Below are positions 21,971-31,360 of a stretch of 64,000 nt of DNA, in pieces. Numbering within the stretch: the first letter of the stretch is position 1; each line of letters starts with the position of its first letter. The stretch lies in the IMG/VR virus record IMGVR_UViG_3300031994_001875, positions 8,147-72,146 of that record. The stretch is one strand, 5' to 3'. A program made the translations under genes and the position numbers. Under the pieces are notes generated by a model that was not told where the DNA came from, did no database searches, and saw nothing but the letters and a program-made list of their open reading frames with translations. Source of the stretch: a virus. Taxonomy: Duplodnaviria; Heunggongvirae; Uroviricota; Caudoviricetes.

Positions 21971-22390
21971 TTAATCAAAATCTTTGTTAATGGCTTCGTT
22001 TTGAACGAGTACTCGGTATTCTTTATATCCTAACAAGAACTGGTCAAACAAAACATCAAATTCTTCAGGGGTTGAGTATTCAATCCAATAAAGATTTCGT
22101 CCTTCGTCATCTTTAATTCTGTCATAACAAACTTCTCGTTTAGAACCTCTAATATCTAAACCTTCTTTCTTCATCCATTCCCAATTAGTACCCTTAAAAT
22201 CCCACGGTTCATCTTCAGGGTCATATACATCTGGGATTCGTGTAATTTGTATGGTATGAATATAAAATTTTCCCTGATGGCAAACATAGTAAATATCACC
22301 ATCGGGAGCTTCCCATTTACCATTTTTGACGTTTAGTTCTTTCAAATGTTTTTTGAGTTCTTCTTTTGCTTTAATATCTAGTTTTGCCAT
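21971..22390 (-). CDS. hypothetical protein, tandem paralog of 22393..22743
   Basis: Both contain ...I(H/Q)(S/T)I(K/Q)ITR... and a C-terminal F(I/L)LGYKEY...(N)(R/K)DF. Confidence 0.5.
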   Translation of the reverse strand: MAKLDIKAKEELKKHLKELNVKNGKWEAPDGDIYYVCHQGKFYIHTIQITRIPDVYDPEDEPWDFKGTNWEWMKKEGLDIRGSKREVCYDRIKDDEGRNLYWIEYSTPEEFDVLFDQFLLGYKEYRVLVQNEAINKDFD

Positions 22391-22392
22391 AG

Positions 22393-22743
22393 TTATTCTC
22401 CAAAATCTCTGTTTACAGAATTTTCTTGTTTTAGTTGCTGGTATTCCTTATAACCAAGAATAAACTGTTCCCAAACATCGTTAAATTTTTCTAGGGACTG
22501 GTCATATTCAAACAGGTTAGTATATCCACCACCGCCATATTTTCCATGCCAGCGAGTTGGCTTATATTGAACAACCTTTCGCCATTTTCCATCATCTTCT
22601 TTAAATCGTGTAATCTTAATTGAGTGAATATTAAAATAACCACCCTTTCCTACTTCAAATGATTCATGACCATCTGACCATGTACCATTAAAGATACCGA
22701 GTTCTTTAAATCTTGCTTTTAGTTCTGGGGTTGCAGCCGCCAT
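22393..22743 (-). CDS. hypothetical protein, tandem paralog of 21971..22390
   Basis: See the paralog entry above. Confidence 0.5.
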   Translation of the reverse strand: MAAATPELKARFKELGIFNGTWSDGHESFEVGKGGYFNIHSIKITRFKEDDGKWRKVVQYKPTRWHGKYGGGGYTNLFEYDQSLEKFNDVWEQFILGYKEYQQLKQENSVNRDFGE

Positions 22744-23175
22744 TTATTTCTCCTTAGTAATCAGTATTAAAAACTATATATTTCTGTTTTAGAGCAAATT
22801 CAAGAACATCTTCAACAGTTAACTGAATGGTCTTTTCTTCACATTCGCTATCACTATTCCACATTGTATAATAGCCAACCTCATATACATAAGGATTTGA
22901 ACCATCCACACCCTTACCGGCATTTTCAACAAAGAAAGAACAAACTATGTCTTTCAATGTTACATGGTTTGAATTATAAAGATAATTCTCAGCAAAATTT
23001 TCACAATTTTCAACGAAAAAATCTAACGCACCAGCAATCTGTTCGTCTTTTTCATTTTCCATTGTGCCAAATTGACGAAACTGTAGAGTTTGAATTTCAC
23101 CCATTTTAGTTTCATTGATTTTCTGCTGGAGTTTTTCTAACTGCGGTCTGTATTTATCTTCATATTCAATATACA

Positions 23176-23583
23176 TTATTTCTCCTTTAAAATTTCTTCT
23201 TTCCATTCACCACCACCAGTGGTGTAATGGATTCGTTTAATTCCAAAATTCTTGATAATTCGCATACACATCGGGCACGGTCGTGATTCTTTTGAAACTT
23301 CATTATTTCGGCAAACCCACAGTTCGCATTTATGAATAATCTTTGAATGATGTTTCATCGCTCTCATAATTGCGACCGGTTCTGCGTGTAATGCTTTCAA
23401 ATCGTTGTATTGTTTGGTGAAATCGTTAAACAGATTTGAGTTCACCCCACTGGATATGATGGCATCGTTATAGGTCAAAACGCAGGCATGTCGGCAACGC
23501 TTGTATTGATGGGCATTTTGTTTAATTGCCAAATCATTACAGTATTCCGTTACATATTGTTCAAAAGTACTTCTTTTCATCAA
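23176..23583 (-). CDS. dCMP/cytidine deaminase (zinc-dependent)
   Basis: HAEPVAIMRAM plus PCPMCMRII (the H-A-E ... PCxxC zinc-binding signature). Confidence 0.75.
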   Translation of the reverse strand: MMKRSTFEQYVTEYCNDLAIKQNAHQYKRCRHACVLTYNDAIISSGVNSNLFNDFTKQYNDLKALHAEPVAIMRAMKHHSKIIHKCELWVCRNNEVSKESRPCPMCMRIIKNFGIKRIHYTTGGGEWKEEILKEK

Positions 23584-23741
23584 TACCCCGAATGTATCTT
23601 AAATCGGTCATAATGGCATTTCAAACAAAGGTATTTGCCACAGATTTGCTCAGATACAACAATCTGCTTTTCATTTTCCAAATCTTTCTTACAAACAGAA
23701 CAGTGGAGTCCTTTAAAATCATCAACATATTCTATTTTCAT
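23583..23741 (-). CDS. small zinc-ribbon protein (~53 aa)
   Basis: Unlisted ORF MKIEYVDDFKGLHCSVCKK...CLKCHYDRF, preceded by the SD GAGAGGT and the promoter at 23765-23793. Confidence 0.45.
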
Positions 23742-23764
23742 AATGTTACCTCTCTTTTTCTTAT

Positions 23765-23793
23765 AATATAGAAAAATCCACTGACTTTGTCAA
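23765..23793 (-). promoter_or_regulatory. sigma70-like promoter in a palindrome
   Basis: Minus TTGACA-AAGTCAGTGGATTTTTC-TATATT, with the stem AAATCCAcTGAC/GTCAGTGGATTT. Confidence 0.55.
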
Positions 23794-25189
23794 TGGATTT
23801 TTGGGGAGAGTCTGTAAATTTTTGTTTACATTACTTCTTCTTTTTGGCACGATAAGAAGAATTTTGAATGAGCTTCATAGCAGTTTCGTTGCCATGTGGG
23901 TGCTGCTTATTCAATGTAGTAATGAATGACTTGAAGGTTTCATTATCAAATGCGAAATCCCAGTCTAGACGATTTTCGGACTGCATTTCCATAATCTTTT
24001 GAATGGCTTTCTTCATAGTTACATTACGGGCAAATGCTTTTACATAATTATCCTTTGCGGAACACTCAATTTTCGCATCAGTCACAAAGAATTTCTTCTT
24101 TTCACCACAGATTCGTGAAGCAAAATCTTCACCACCCTTATAGGATTCATCATCTGTCAAATAGAAGATACTACACAAACCAGTTCTGCGTTTCTTCTTG
24201 GTTACTTCTTTTACTGGGGTATGGTCAAAGCGTACCAGGAACCATTCGTTACCGCGCTTACCATCTTTATAAACAACATTTGCTTTTACTATCATTTTGT
24301 TTTCCTTTGTTATTAGTTAAATTCAAAAAGACTTTTTTCAAAGAAACTGTGATAAAACCATCGTAATTCTTATTTCGTTTCTTTTTAATAAGTGTCATTG
24401 GATAATTGAAATAAACTCATTAGAGAAATGTTAATTTTGCAATTTTAGAAGAACAAACTTCTTCATAATTTTGGATTTTTGTACAAATTATCACGAAACA
24501 TTCTTCGGCAAGTAAAATATCGTGGTTACTCACTCAATTTTACCTCTAGAAGCCCCTTTTCGCTTAAAGCCGTAAAAAACATCTTTGCAAGATTTGTACG
24601 AAAAAGCCACCAACAAATTATTCCAACAACTCAGTCAATTATTCACCGTAGATACGGGTATAAATTGTGTCATTCAGGTCAAATGTGAACTTTGCCTGAG
24701 AATTAATCTTTGATAGTTCATCTTCAAGACGAACCTTCTTCTGCTTTAATGTTTCCAATTCCTTGGTAGCATCAAAGTCAGTAATCTTTTCCAATGTGGC
24801 TACTTCCCAGTTACCGGTAACAGGGTTACGGGATTTGGAAGTACGATTGGCTTTTAATTTGTTTTCAATCTGTTGTACAACAGTGATTTGAGCATTTACT
24901 TTGTTCAAACCATTAAGAATTTTCTTACCTTCCAAATTTTGACTATCAATCAAATCGGAAAGTTCACGATTTGCTTCCATCAAATCAGTTAAAAGTTTGT
25001 ATGAACCTTCAACATCGTTGGTTTCAAATGCTTCAAGCAATTCTGCCTTGCGTTCTGGTTCAACTACATACTGAGAATAACACATTTGAGAGTTAATCTT
25101 GTTAAGAAGTTCCTTAATGCGTTTACGGAGTGTAAATGCTGTGGTTAAATTTAAATCTAGTTTCATAATATCCTCTTTTGTTTTGTTAA

Positions 25190-25217
25190 AATATAGTTTT
25201 TACAATTCTATTGTCAA
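25190..25217 (-). promoter_or_regulatory. sigma70-like promoter
   Basis: Minus TTGACA-16-TATATT, followed by the SD AAGAGGA and the ATG of the gene at 24639..25166. Confidence 0.5.
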
Positions 25218-25239
25218 TGGGTTTCGCTACAAATTATGT

Positions 25240-25656
25240 TTAATTAAAATCCTGAGAAATTGATTCTTCCAAAGCTCTTTTTCTGTATTCTTTGTATGCC
25301 CAATCAATCATTTGGGTTAATCGCTCGTTATTCATGTGTGAATAGTAATACTGATTCCAAGGTTTATATTTTAATTGAGCCATTATTATATAAGCAATCT
25401 CATTACAATAACCCCAAGGAAATGCGGTATTAAATTCATAAGTTGGGAATAACTCAACTGCTTTATCCATTGAAATGTTATCAACATACAGTGTTCGGAT
25501 TCTTTTAATTAATTTTAAGAAATCTTTCATTTCTTTAGATTCTTCGTCACACTGCAATATCCACTGTAATTCTTCATGTTTTTTAATAGCAGTAACAAAT
25601 TCAAATGCGGATAACATAACCATTATACCATTATTTTTACCTCTCGGAAAACTCAT
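25240..25656 (-). CDS. hypothetical protein, tandem paralog of 25653..26018
   Basis: Shares (K/A)PWNQYYYS(H/N)M(N/S).E.L and other blocks with the neighbour. Confidence 0.5.
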   Translation of the reverse strand: MSFPRGKNNGIMVMLSAFEFVTAIKKHEELQWILQCDEESKEMKDFLKLIKRIRTLYVDNISMDKAVELFPTYEFNTAFPWGYCNEIAYIIMAQLKYKPWNQYYYSHMNNERLTQMIDWAYKEYRKRALEESISQDFN

Positions 25657-26018
25657 TTAAAATCTCCTTCAAGAAGTTTAACTTGTAATTCGTTTTTGAA
25701 CAATTTAAGATGTTTGTCGCACAAATTTCTTAAATCTTCATCACTCATATTGGAATAATAGTATTGATTCCAAGGAGCATATCTAATAAGTTTCAGTAAT
25801 CTCCATATAACACCATCTTCCCAACTCATAAACGGGTCAAAACAATCAAATAAACGCATTAAATTATCAAATTCAGCAACCGAGTAAAGGTTTCTAATTC
25901 TGTAAAACATTGTACTGAACATTTCACATGCTTCTTTACTGTCTTTTCTCCAATCAAAGCATTTATACACATTTGCTTCAATTTGTGTGAAATATTCAGT
26001 AACATCACCTTCAAACAT
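25653..26018 (-). CDS. hypothetical protein, tandem paralog of 25240..25656
   Basis: See the paralog entry above. Confidence 0.5.
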   Translation of the reverse strand: MFEGDVTEYFTQIEANVYKCFDWRKDSKEACEMFSTMFYRIRNLYSVAEFDNLMRLFDCFDPFMSWEDGVIWRLLKLIRYAPWNQYYYSNMSDEDLRNLCDKHLKLFKNELQVKLLEGDFK

Positions 26019-26992
26019 TAATAACCTTCACAAGATTTGGCTAATAATTCTCTAACATCTTCTTTTCCTGTGAATGAATATCTTTTATCCATAGCACTTG
26101 TAGAAGACCTAGATACTTTCATTTGAACTGCATCCACAAACATTGTAGATACTGTTATATTTCCGTCCTTATCAAACATATCGTAGTCATGACCCTGATA
26201 AATCAATTTGAATTTATCATCTGGCATACCCAATGTTTCTTTTGGATGTAATTGTTCCATACCAAGGCAATCAAAAGATATAAGTTTACATTTCTTTTCA
26301 AGCATTGGTAAATCTTTTCTTAATTGTTCAATGTTTGCTTTGATTTCATCAGAGTGTTTGATTAAATTATCATTACCTCTGCGGATATTCTTATATCCGA
26401 GAATAAGAACCTTTTTTCCAAACAATCTCTTGTAATCTTCGGGCTTTAAAACACCAGCAATCGTGTGGATTACTACATTCGGGCCCAATCTAGCAATTCT
26501 TGTAAAATCTTCACTCTTTGTAGAGTCAGTTAATGATATACCAATACCACCGATATAGTTATTAATCATACAGGCATTCAAAAATTCAAAAGATTTCTTT
26601 AAATGCTTTTGATTAACTGTAATGTTAGGAACAATACCGCGTTTTCTACATTCACAAATAAACCAATTTATCTGTGGGTGAGAAGTAGCATCACCACCAC
26701 CGATAGCAATTTCAACGCCTGGCTTAATAGTGTCAAGCATTGGTAATAGTTTATTCAAATCGGCGTGTTTACCCTTTGTAGTAGAATTTTCGTGGCAATA
26801 AACACAACCGGCATCACAATAGTCAGTAATCTTTAAATCAAATGATTCAGGAAATTCATAAGTAAAATGGTCATCGTTTGGGTCAATGGTTTCTTTTACT
26901 TTTGTGCCATCACTATACAACTTAACAATGTGATTACCATTCCGGTATTCATACCAAGGATTTGGATTAGGTAAAGTCTTTTTCCAGTTCAT
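26018..26992 (-). CDS. radical SAM domain protein
   Basis: CDAGCVYC (CxxxCxxC) at residues ~57-64, followed by a GGGD glycine-rich SAM-binding-like segment; 324 aa. Confidence 0.55.
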   Translation of the reverse strand: MNWKKTLPNPNPWYEYRNGNHIVKLYSDGTKVKETIDPNDDHFTYEFPESFDLKITDYCDAGCVYCHENSTTKGKHADLNKLLPMLDTIKPGVEIAIGGGDATSHPQINWFICECRKRGIVPNITVNQKHLKKSFEFLNACMINNYIGGIGISLTDSTKSEDFTRIARLGPNVVIHTIAGVLKPEDYKRLFGKKVLILGYKNIRRGNDNLIKHSDEIKANIEQLRKDLPMLEKKCKLISFDCLGMEQLHPKETLGMPDDKFKLIYQGHDYDMFDKDGNITVSTMFVDAVQMKVSRSSTSAMDKRYSFTGKEDVRELLAKSCEGY

Positions 26993-28174
26993 AATGTTTC
27001 ACCTTTTCTTTATAAGTTTTCAATGTTTTAAGATAATTACCCACTTCTTTCTTGAAATCTTTTAGATTATCTACAATCTTTGATTCCCAAGCATCATCTT
27101 TTCTAGCATTTGTCATTATGAATGGATAATTTTTATCACCTTCACGAACATAATAATTCTTTGGTGTTTTTATAATTCTATACTTGTAAATTTCAAGTTT
27201 TAGTTCACCTGTAAAACTAACAAGGTCAACAACCAAATCATCTTCTTTTATACCAGGATACATCCATCCATTGAAGTATTCGTAGTTATCTTCATTACCA
27301 GGACTGAAATATCTCATATTATGCTTGGTTTTAAAACCCAATGATTCCAAATAATCAATGTATGGTTTTGCTTTTTCATAAATTTCAGGCATGTCTTTTA
27401 TAATTTTATTATTCATAATTTCTCCTTAGGTGTGGTAGAAATTCAATGAGATTTCTCTGGTCAACATATCTATTGTAGTAATACCAGTTTCTTCACTTTC
27501 TTCTGTGTTTTCATCCCAATTATAAACATTCACAGAGTTTTCGTAATAATCAGTAGCCTGAGCATAACTATTGGATAGCAAATCATTACCACACAATCCA
27601 AAATAATTTTTAGCATAGGGCAAAGTTTCATTTGGGTATCTCTTTTTCATAGTCTTTTCATACTTTACCCAATCTGAGTGACTGTCATACCAGGGGTCAA
27701 CACCTTCGGCAAAAATCCAATGGTGTAAATTGTCTTTTGTAATGTAAATCTTGTTATCATTCACATCAAGAAAATAATACTTAACATCCTTTGGTGGTGT
27801 TAATCCAATCTTCTTATATGCTGCAATCAAATCATTCAAAAAGTCAGTATGGTTTTTATCAAAATTACATTTGACTTCGTGGTTCTTTCTACCATACTTA
27901 GTTTCTTCACTAGAAAATACTGCGTGAGCTGCGAGATACTTAATAATGGTATCAACTGAATCCAAATCTATATCACCATTACAGACTTCCATATCCCAAT
28001 AAATGTTCATTTCAACTTCTAGTTCGCCATTTTCATTGAATGTTGGGAATGTCTTTTTATCTCTCAATGGGATCTGAGAAATAGAAGAATAATCCTTTGA
28101 GAATGAAGCACAATGGGTAGTGCTAGAATTTGTTTCAAATACACCGCGTCTAATAGTTTTCATAGTTTTTTCCT

Positions 28175-28426
28175 TTATCGTAATTCTATTGCCCAAGCCC
28201 AACCAGCATGATTATACCTGTACACATGGTCATCAAGTGTTGTAAACATTAAATCGTTTCCACTAGGATTAAAGTCTTTTGCTTTGTAATTTACACAAGT
28301 ATCGGCACTACCACCAATAGCACAGATTTTGATGTTGTAATAACGGTCGCCATTTCGTGTCTTATTTGGGCCGTCACAACAACCGACTAGAACCATAAGA
28401 ATTAGAGTTAATAGTATTTTCTTCAT
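28175..28426 (-). CDS. small lipoprotein
   Basis: MKKILLTLILMVLVGCC lipobox, preceded by the promoter at 28445-28473 and the SD AAAGGAG. Confidence 0.55.
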   Translation of the reverse strand: MKKILLTLILMVLVGCCDGPNKTRNGDRYYNIKICAIGGSADTCVNYKAKDFNPSGNDLMFTTLDDHVYRYNHAGWAWAIELR

Positions 28427-28444
28427 AGTGTCTCCTTTTCTTTT

Positions 28445-28473
28445 AATATAGTAATTTACTGACGATTTGTCAA
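28445..28473 (-). promoter_or_regulatory. sigma70-like promoter
   Basis: Minus TTGACA-AATCGTCAGTAAATTAC-TATATT. Confidence 0.55.
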
Positions 28474-28798
28474 CTATTTAAAATCATCATCCAATTCTTT
28501 TATTTTTTCCTGAACTTTATAATTTTTTACATATTTCATTGACCAGTATATTCTGTTTTTAAGAACATCACCAGCAATCATACAGGTTTGTTTTAGTGGG
28601 TCATCAAACAATGGCAAAAATGCCATAACTGGGGTATTCTTTACCAGTTTATAACTGCTAAATGATTTACCACCTGGGGTTCGTAAAGATATAATCTTAT
28701 ATCCTTCGTACATATAACCATAATCGTAATGACTACGGCCCCAAACATCAGATTCCATTACTGTTAGCCCACATTCTTTACAGGCTTGTTCGTATTCT

Positions 28799-29158
28799 TC
28801 AAAAGTCAACATTATCTCCACAATTATTTTTTATACACATATTTCTTGTATAATCACTATAATTCTTTTTCTTACATTTATCTTCACAAGAATCTTCTAC
28901 TTCAAAATCATCAAATACAAACTCAGTTGGTTCGTCATTTCGGGGTTCAAAATTCAAATGGTTTAAATTCTTACCCCAATTATCTGCTACAACTGTTGCT
29001 TCAGTTGGTATATTCTTTGGTTCAGGTGCTTTTGGTTTATTGCCAGCAATGATTTCAAGAGCATCTGCAATTCGTTTTAACTGAGTTTTACATTCGTAAT
29101 CACAAGCATTAGCAAATACAGAACCGAAGAATACTAACAAAATAATGTATTTAGTCAT
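28799..29158 (-). CDS. secreted Cys-rich small protein (family member)
   Basis: Signal peptide MTKYIILLVFFGSVFANA; ACDYECK...DSCEDKCKK...MCIKNNC. Confidence 0.5.
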   Translation of the reverse strand: MTKYIILLVFFGSVFANACDYECKTQLKRIADALEIIAGNKPKAPEPKNIPTEATVVADNWGKNLNHLNFEPRNDEPTEFVFDDFEVEDSCEDKCKKKNYSDYTRNMCIKNNCGDNVDF

Positions 29159-29549
29159 AACACCCTATTAAATGTTAATGAATGAACACAAATTTTGTAA
29201 ATCAGCATCAGTTTGAATTACAAAGAAATACTGACCATCAATTTCAATGCCATATTTGCGTTTCTTTGCTGGTTGGTTCATAAGAAACCCGAGACCAAAA
29301 CCTGATAACTGGGATTTACCCCAACCTGGCATATTATTAAATTTGGAATTTTGAACAGTTTCAGTATCACTGGATTTCAACGTCATAGTAGTCATATAAT
29401 TACGCCCATTGGAATTACCATCAACTTCAACTGTTAACTGACCATTGGAATAAAAACTTTCACTACGAATATGATTACAAGTTCCAAGTGCTTTTAATTT
29501 GTTTCCATTTTTGTCAACAGAAAATTTTTGAATTGTAGTTTTCATAGTT

Positions 29550-29963
29550 CTAGTCCTTTAAACATTGTTCTTTGATACAGAATTTGATTAAACTTTCAGC
29601 ATTATGTTTTTCTTTACACTGTTTAATACAATCATCCATTGTTTGTATTCCATTACCAATGTAAACTGTATCGTGTTTCACAATATAAACTGTGTCCACT
29701 TTGGTTTCAGTTACTACTGGTTTTTCTTTCTTCTTTGGATGTTTCTTGTTAAAATGGTCATCACATGCTTTAGCATGGTCATAAGACCAGTGAGTTCTAT
29801 CACCAGTACAAACTCTATTGTAGGTTTCCGGGTCATTAACTTCACATTTATCCAAATCACTCATACATTTCAATGAAAAGAGTTTTGGAACTGCTACGGC
29901 TGCTAAAATGCCCATAATAACGATTACTACCATTAGTTCAATTAAAGTAAATCCCTTTTTCAT
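29550..29963 (-). CDS. type IV pilin-like protein (prepilin N-terminal motif) with a Cys-rich C-terminus
   Basis: MKKGFTLIELMVVIVIMGILAAVAVP is the canonical G|FTLIE prepilin cleavage/methylation motif. The C-terminus carries DDCIKQCKE...FCIKEQC. Confidence 0.65.
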   Translation of the reverse strand: MKKGFTLIELMVVIVIMGILAAVAVPKLFSLKCMSDLDKCEVNDPETYNRVCTGDRTHWSYDHAKACDDHFNKKHPKKKEKPVVTETKVDTVYIVKHDTVYIGNGIQTMDDCIKQCKEKHNAESLIKFCIKEQCLKD

Positions 29964-29964
29964 A

Positions 29965-30333
29965 TTAGAACCTCATACAATCATCCATACACTGGTGAGC
30001 TGCTTCCACACTAGGATGCCAGGATTTGTTATATTCTTCAGTACATTTATCAATACATTTCTTCATTAATAAATTGTAAGTTTCTTCGTCAATCTCAATG
30101 TATTCGTCATCTTCGTCACTTTCAACAGTACTGTCACTAGGGAGCCCAGTTACATAGCTGTTAGTGTCAATAGTCGCATTTAAAATCGGGCTCTCCTTAG
30201 CCATTTCCTGGTCAAGTACTTTGATTGTGAGTTTTGCGACCTGTTGTTCTAGTTCAAAAACCCGCCGCTCCAGTTCACTAAATGTGGCAGCATAAGCAAC
30301 ACCACATAACAGAATGAATAATACCAGTTTCTT
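29965..30333 (-). CDS. secreted Cys-rich small protein (family member)
   Basis: Probable start MKKLVLFILLCGVAYA (signal peptide); C-terminus KCIDKCTEE...HQCMDDC. Confidence 0.45.
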   Translation of the reverse strand, partial: KKLVLFILLCGVAYAATFSELERRVFELEQQVAKLTIKVLDQEMAKESPILNATIDTNSYVTGLPSDSTVESDEDDEYIEIDEETYNLLMKKCIDKCTEEYNKSWHPSVEAAHQCMDDCMRF

Positions 30334-30516
30334 CATTTTTTCTTTACTCTCCTTTCTTTCTTTGGATTTAATCTCCAATGTTGTTTTTGTGGTTGGGTTT
30401 TCCCTTCATTCAAATCGGCCTGATTTTGAAATAATTTTTTAATAACATTGTAGTCATATAGTCTGTTATTCATTGTGGAAGGTCTTTGTTGGCCGAGTTT
30501 GAAACCTTCTTCTTTT

Positions 30517-30978
30517 TTAATTGTCGCCACTAAAAGTCCTATTTCCCTTTACGATGAAAACCCAATTTCCATTACAATCTTTAACTGAGATTCCACCATC
30601 TAATTCACTATCAACTAATGAGCCATCACACAAAATCTTATAATTCGTAATTCCTTCAATTTCATAAGCTGCTTTCAAATCAAAGAAATCAATTTGAACC
30701 ATAAATGGTTTTCTCTTATTATCTTCTACAACAGTCATTCCTTTAGAATTAAAACTAAAACCATCGGTCTTAATATAAACTGTATCGTGAACAATTTCTT
30801 TTACGATTTCTTTTTCTTTATTAACATTCTTTTCAAGCTGTTGTGCTTTGTAAATTGCGTTTTGATTTTTAACGATTCTAGCACCCACATCATTCATTCC
30901 ATAATATGAAACTGCAAAACCACAAAATATAAAAATCATTAGTACAATTACTTTCCAATCTTTTAGTGCATCAATCAT
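30517..30978 (-). CDS. membrane-anchored protein carrying an HDTVY motif
   Basis: N-terminal transmembrane segment WKVIVLMIFIFCGFAVSYY, followed by EIVHDTVYIKTDG. Confidence 0.45.
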   Translation of the reverse strand: MIDALKDWKVIVLMIFIFCGFAVSYYGMNDVGARIVKNQNAIYKAQQLEKNVNKEKEIVKEIVHDTVYIKTDGFSFNSKGMTVVEDNKRKPFMVQIDFFDLKAAYEIEGITNYKILCDGSLVDSELDGGISVKDCNGNWVFIVKGNRTFSGDN

Positions 30979-31288
30979 TGTTTATTCTCCTACAGTTTTC
31001 TCTAATACAAAATTCAATTATAGAATTTGAAACATTGTTTGCCTTACATTCTGCCACACATTCATCAAAATCATTGGTGATTTCTTTAACTGGTTCTTCG
31101 TGTTGAATTGGTTCTGGTTTTGGTGTAACAACTGACTCATCAGTAATCACAAGTGGTTTTTCTTTAAATACAGATGGTTCTTTTGGAACTGGCTTAATTG
31201 GTGAATTAACTTGATAGTCAAATGGATCTGCGAAAGCAAACAAAATAAATGCGGTAAGAATTAAGAGTAAACTAAGTTTCATATCCAT
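30971..31288 (-). CDS. secreted Cys-rich small protein (family member)
   Basis: Signal peptide MDMKLSLLLILTAFILFAFA; C-terminus DECVAECKANN...FCIRENC. Confidence 0.5.
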   Translation of the reverse strand: MDMKLSLLLILTAFILFAFADPFDYQVNSPIKPVPKEPSVFKEKPLVITDESVVTPKPEPIQHEEPVKEITNDFDECVAECKANNVSNSIIEFCIRENCRRINND

Positions 31289-31360
31289 AATTCCTTTGTT
31301 TTAAAGAAAAAAGCCCAAACAACATTTCGCAACATTGTTCGGGCTCAAATGTTTTTTTTA

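Noticed and set aside
26942-26944. The hypothesis that every in-frame CGG (or CGG-A) forces a +1 shift, or that CGG is unassigned
   Set aside because: In-frame CGG codons are read through in frame 0 in long conserved ORFs: radical SAM TAC CGG AAT (26942-44), 50230-32 AAA CGG AAG, 30262-67 CGG CGG, 33033-35, 16089-91. Their +1 frames terminate immediately.
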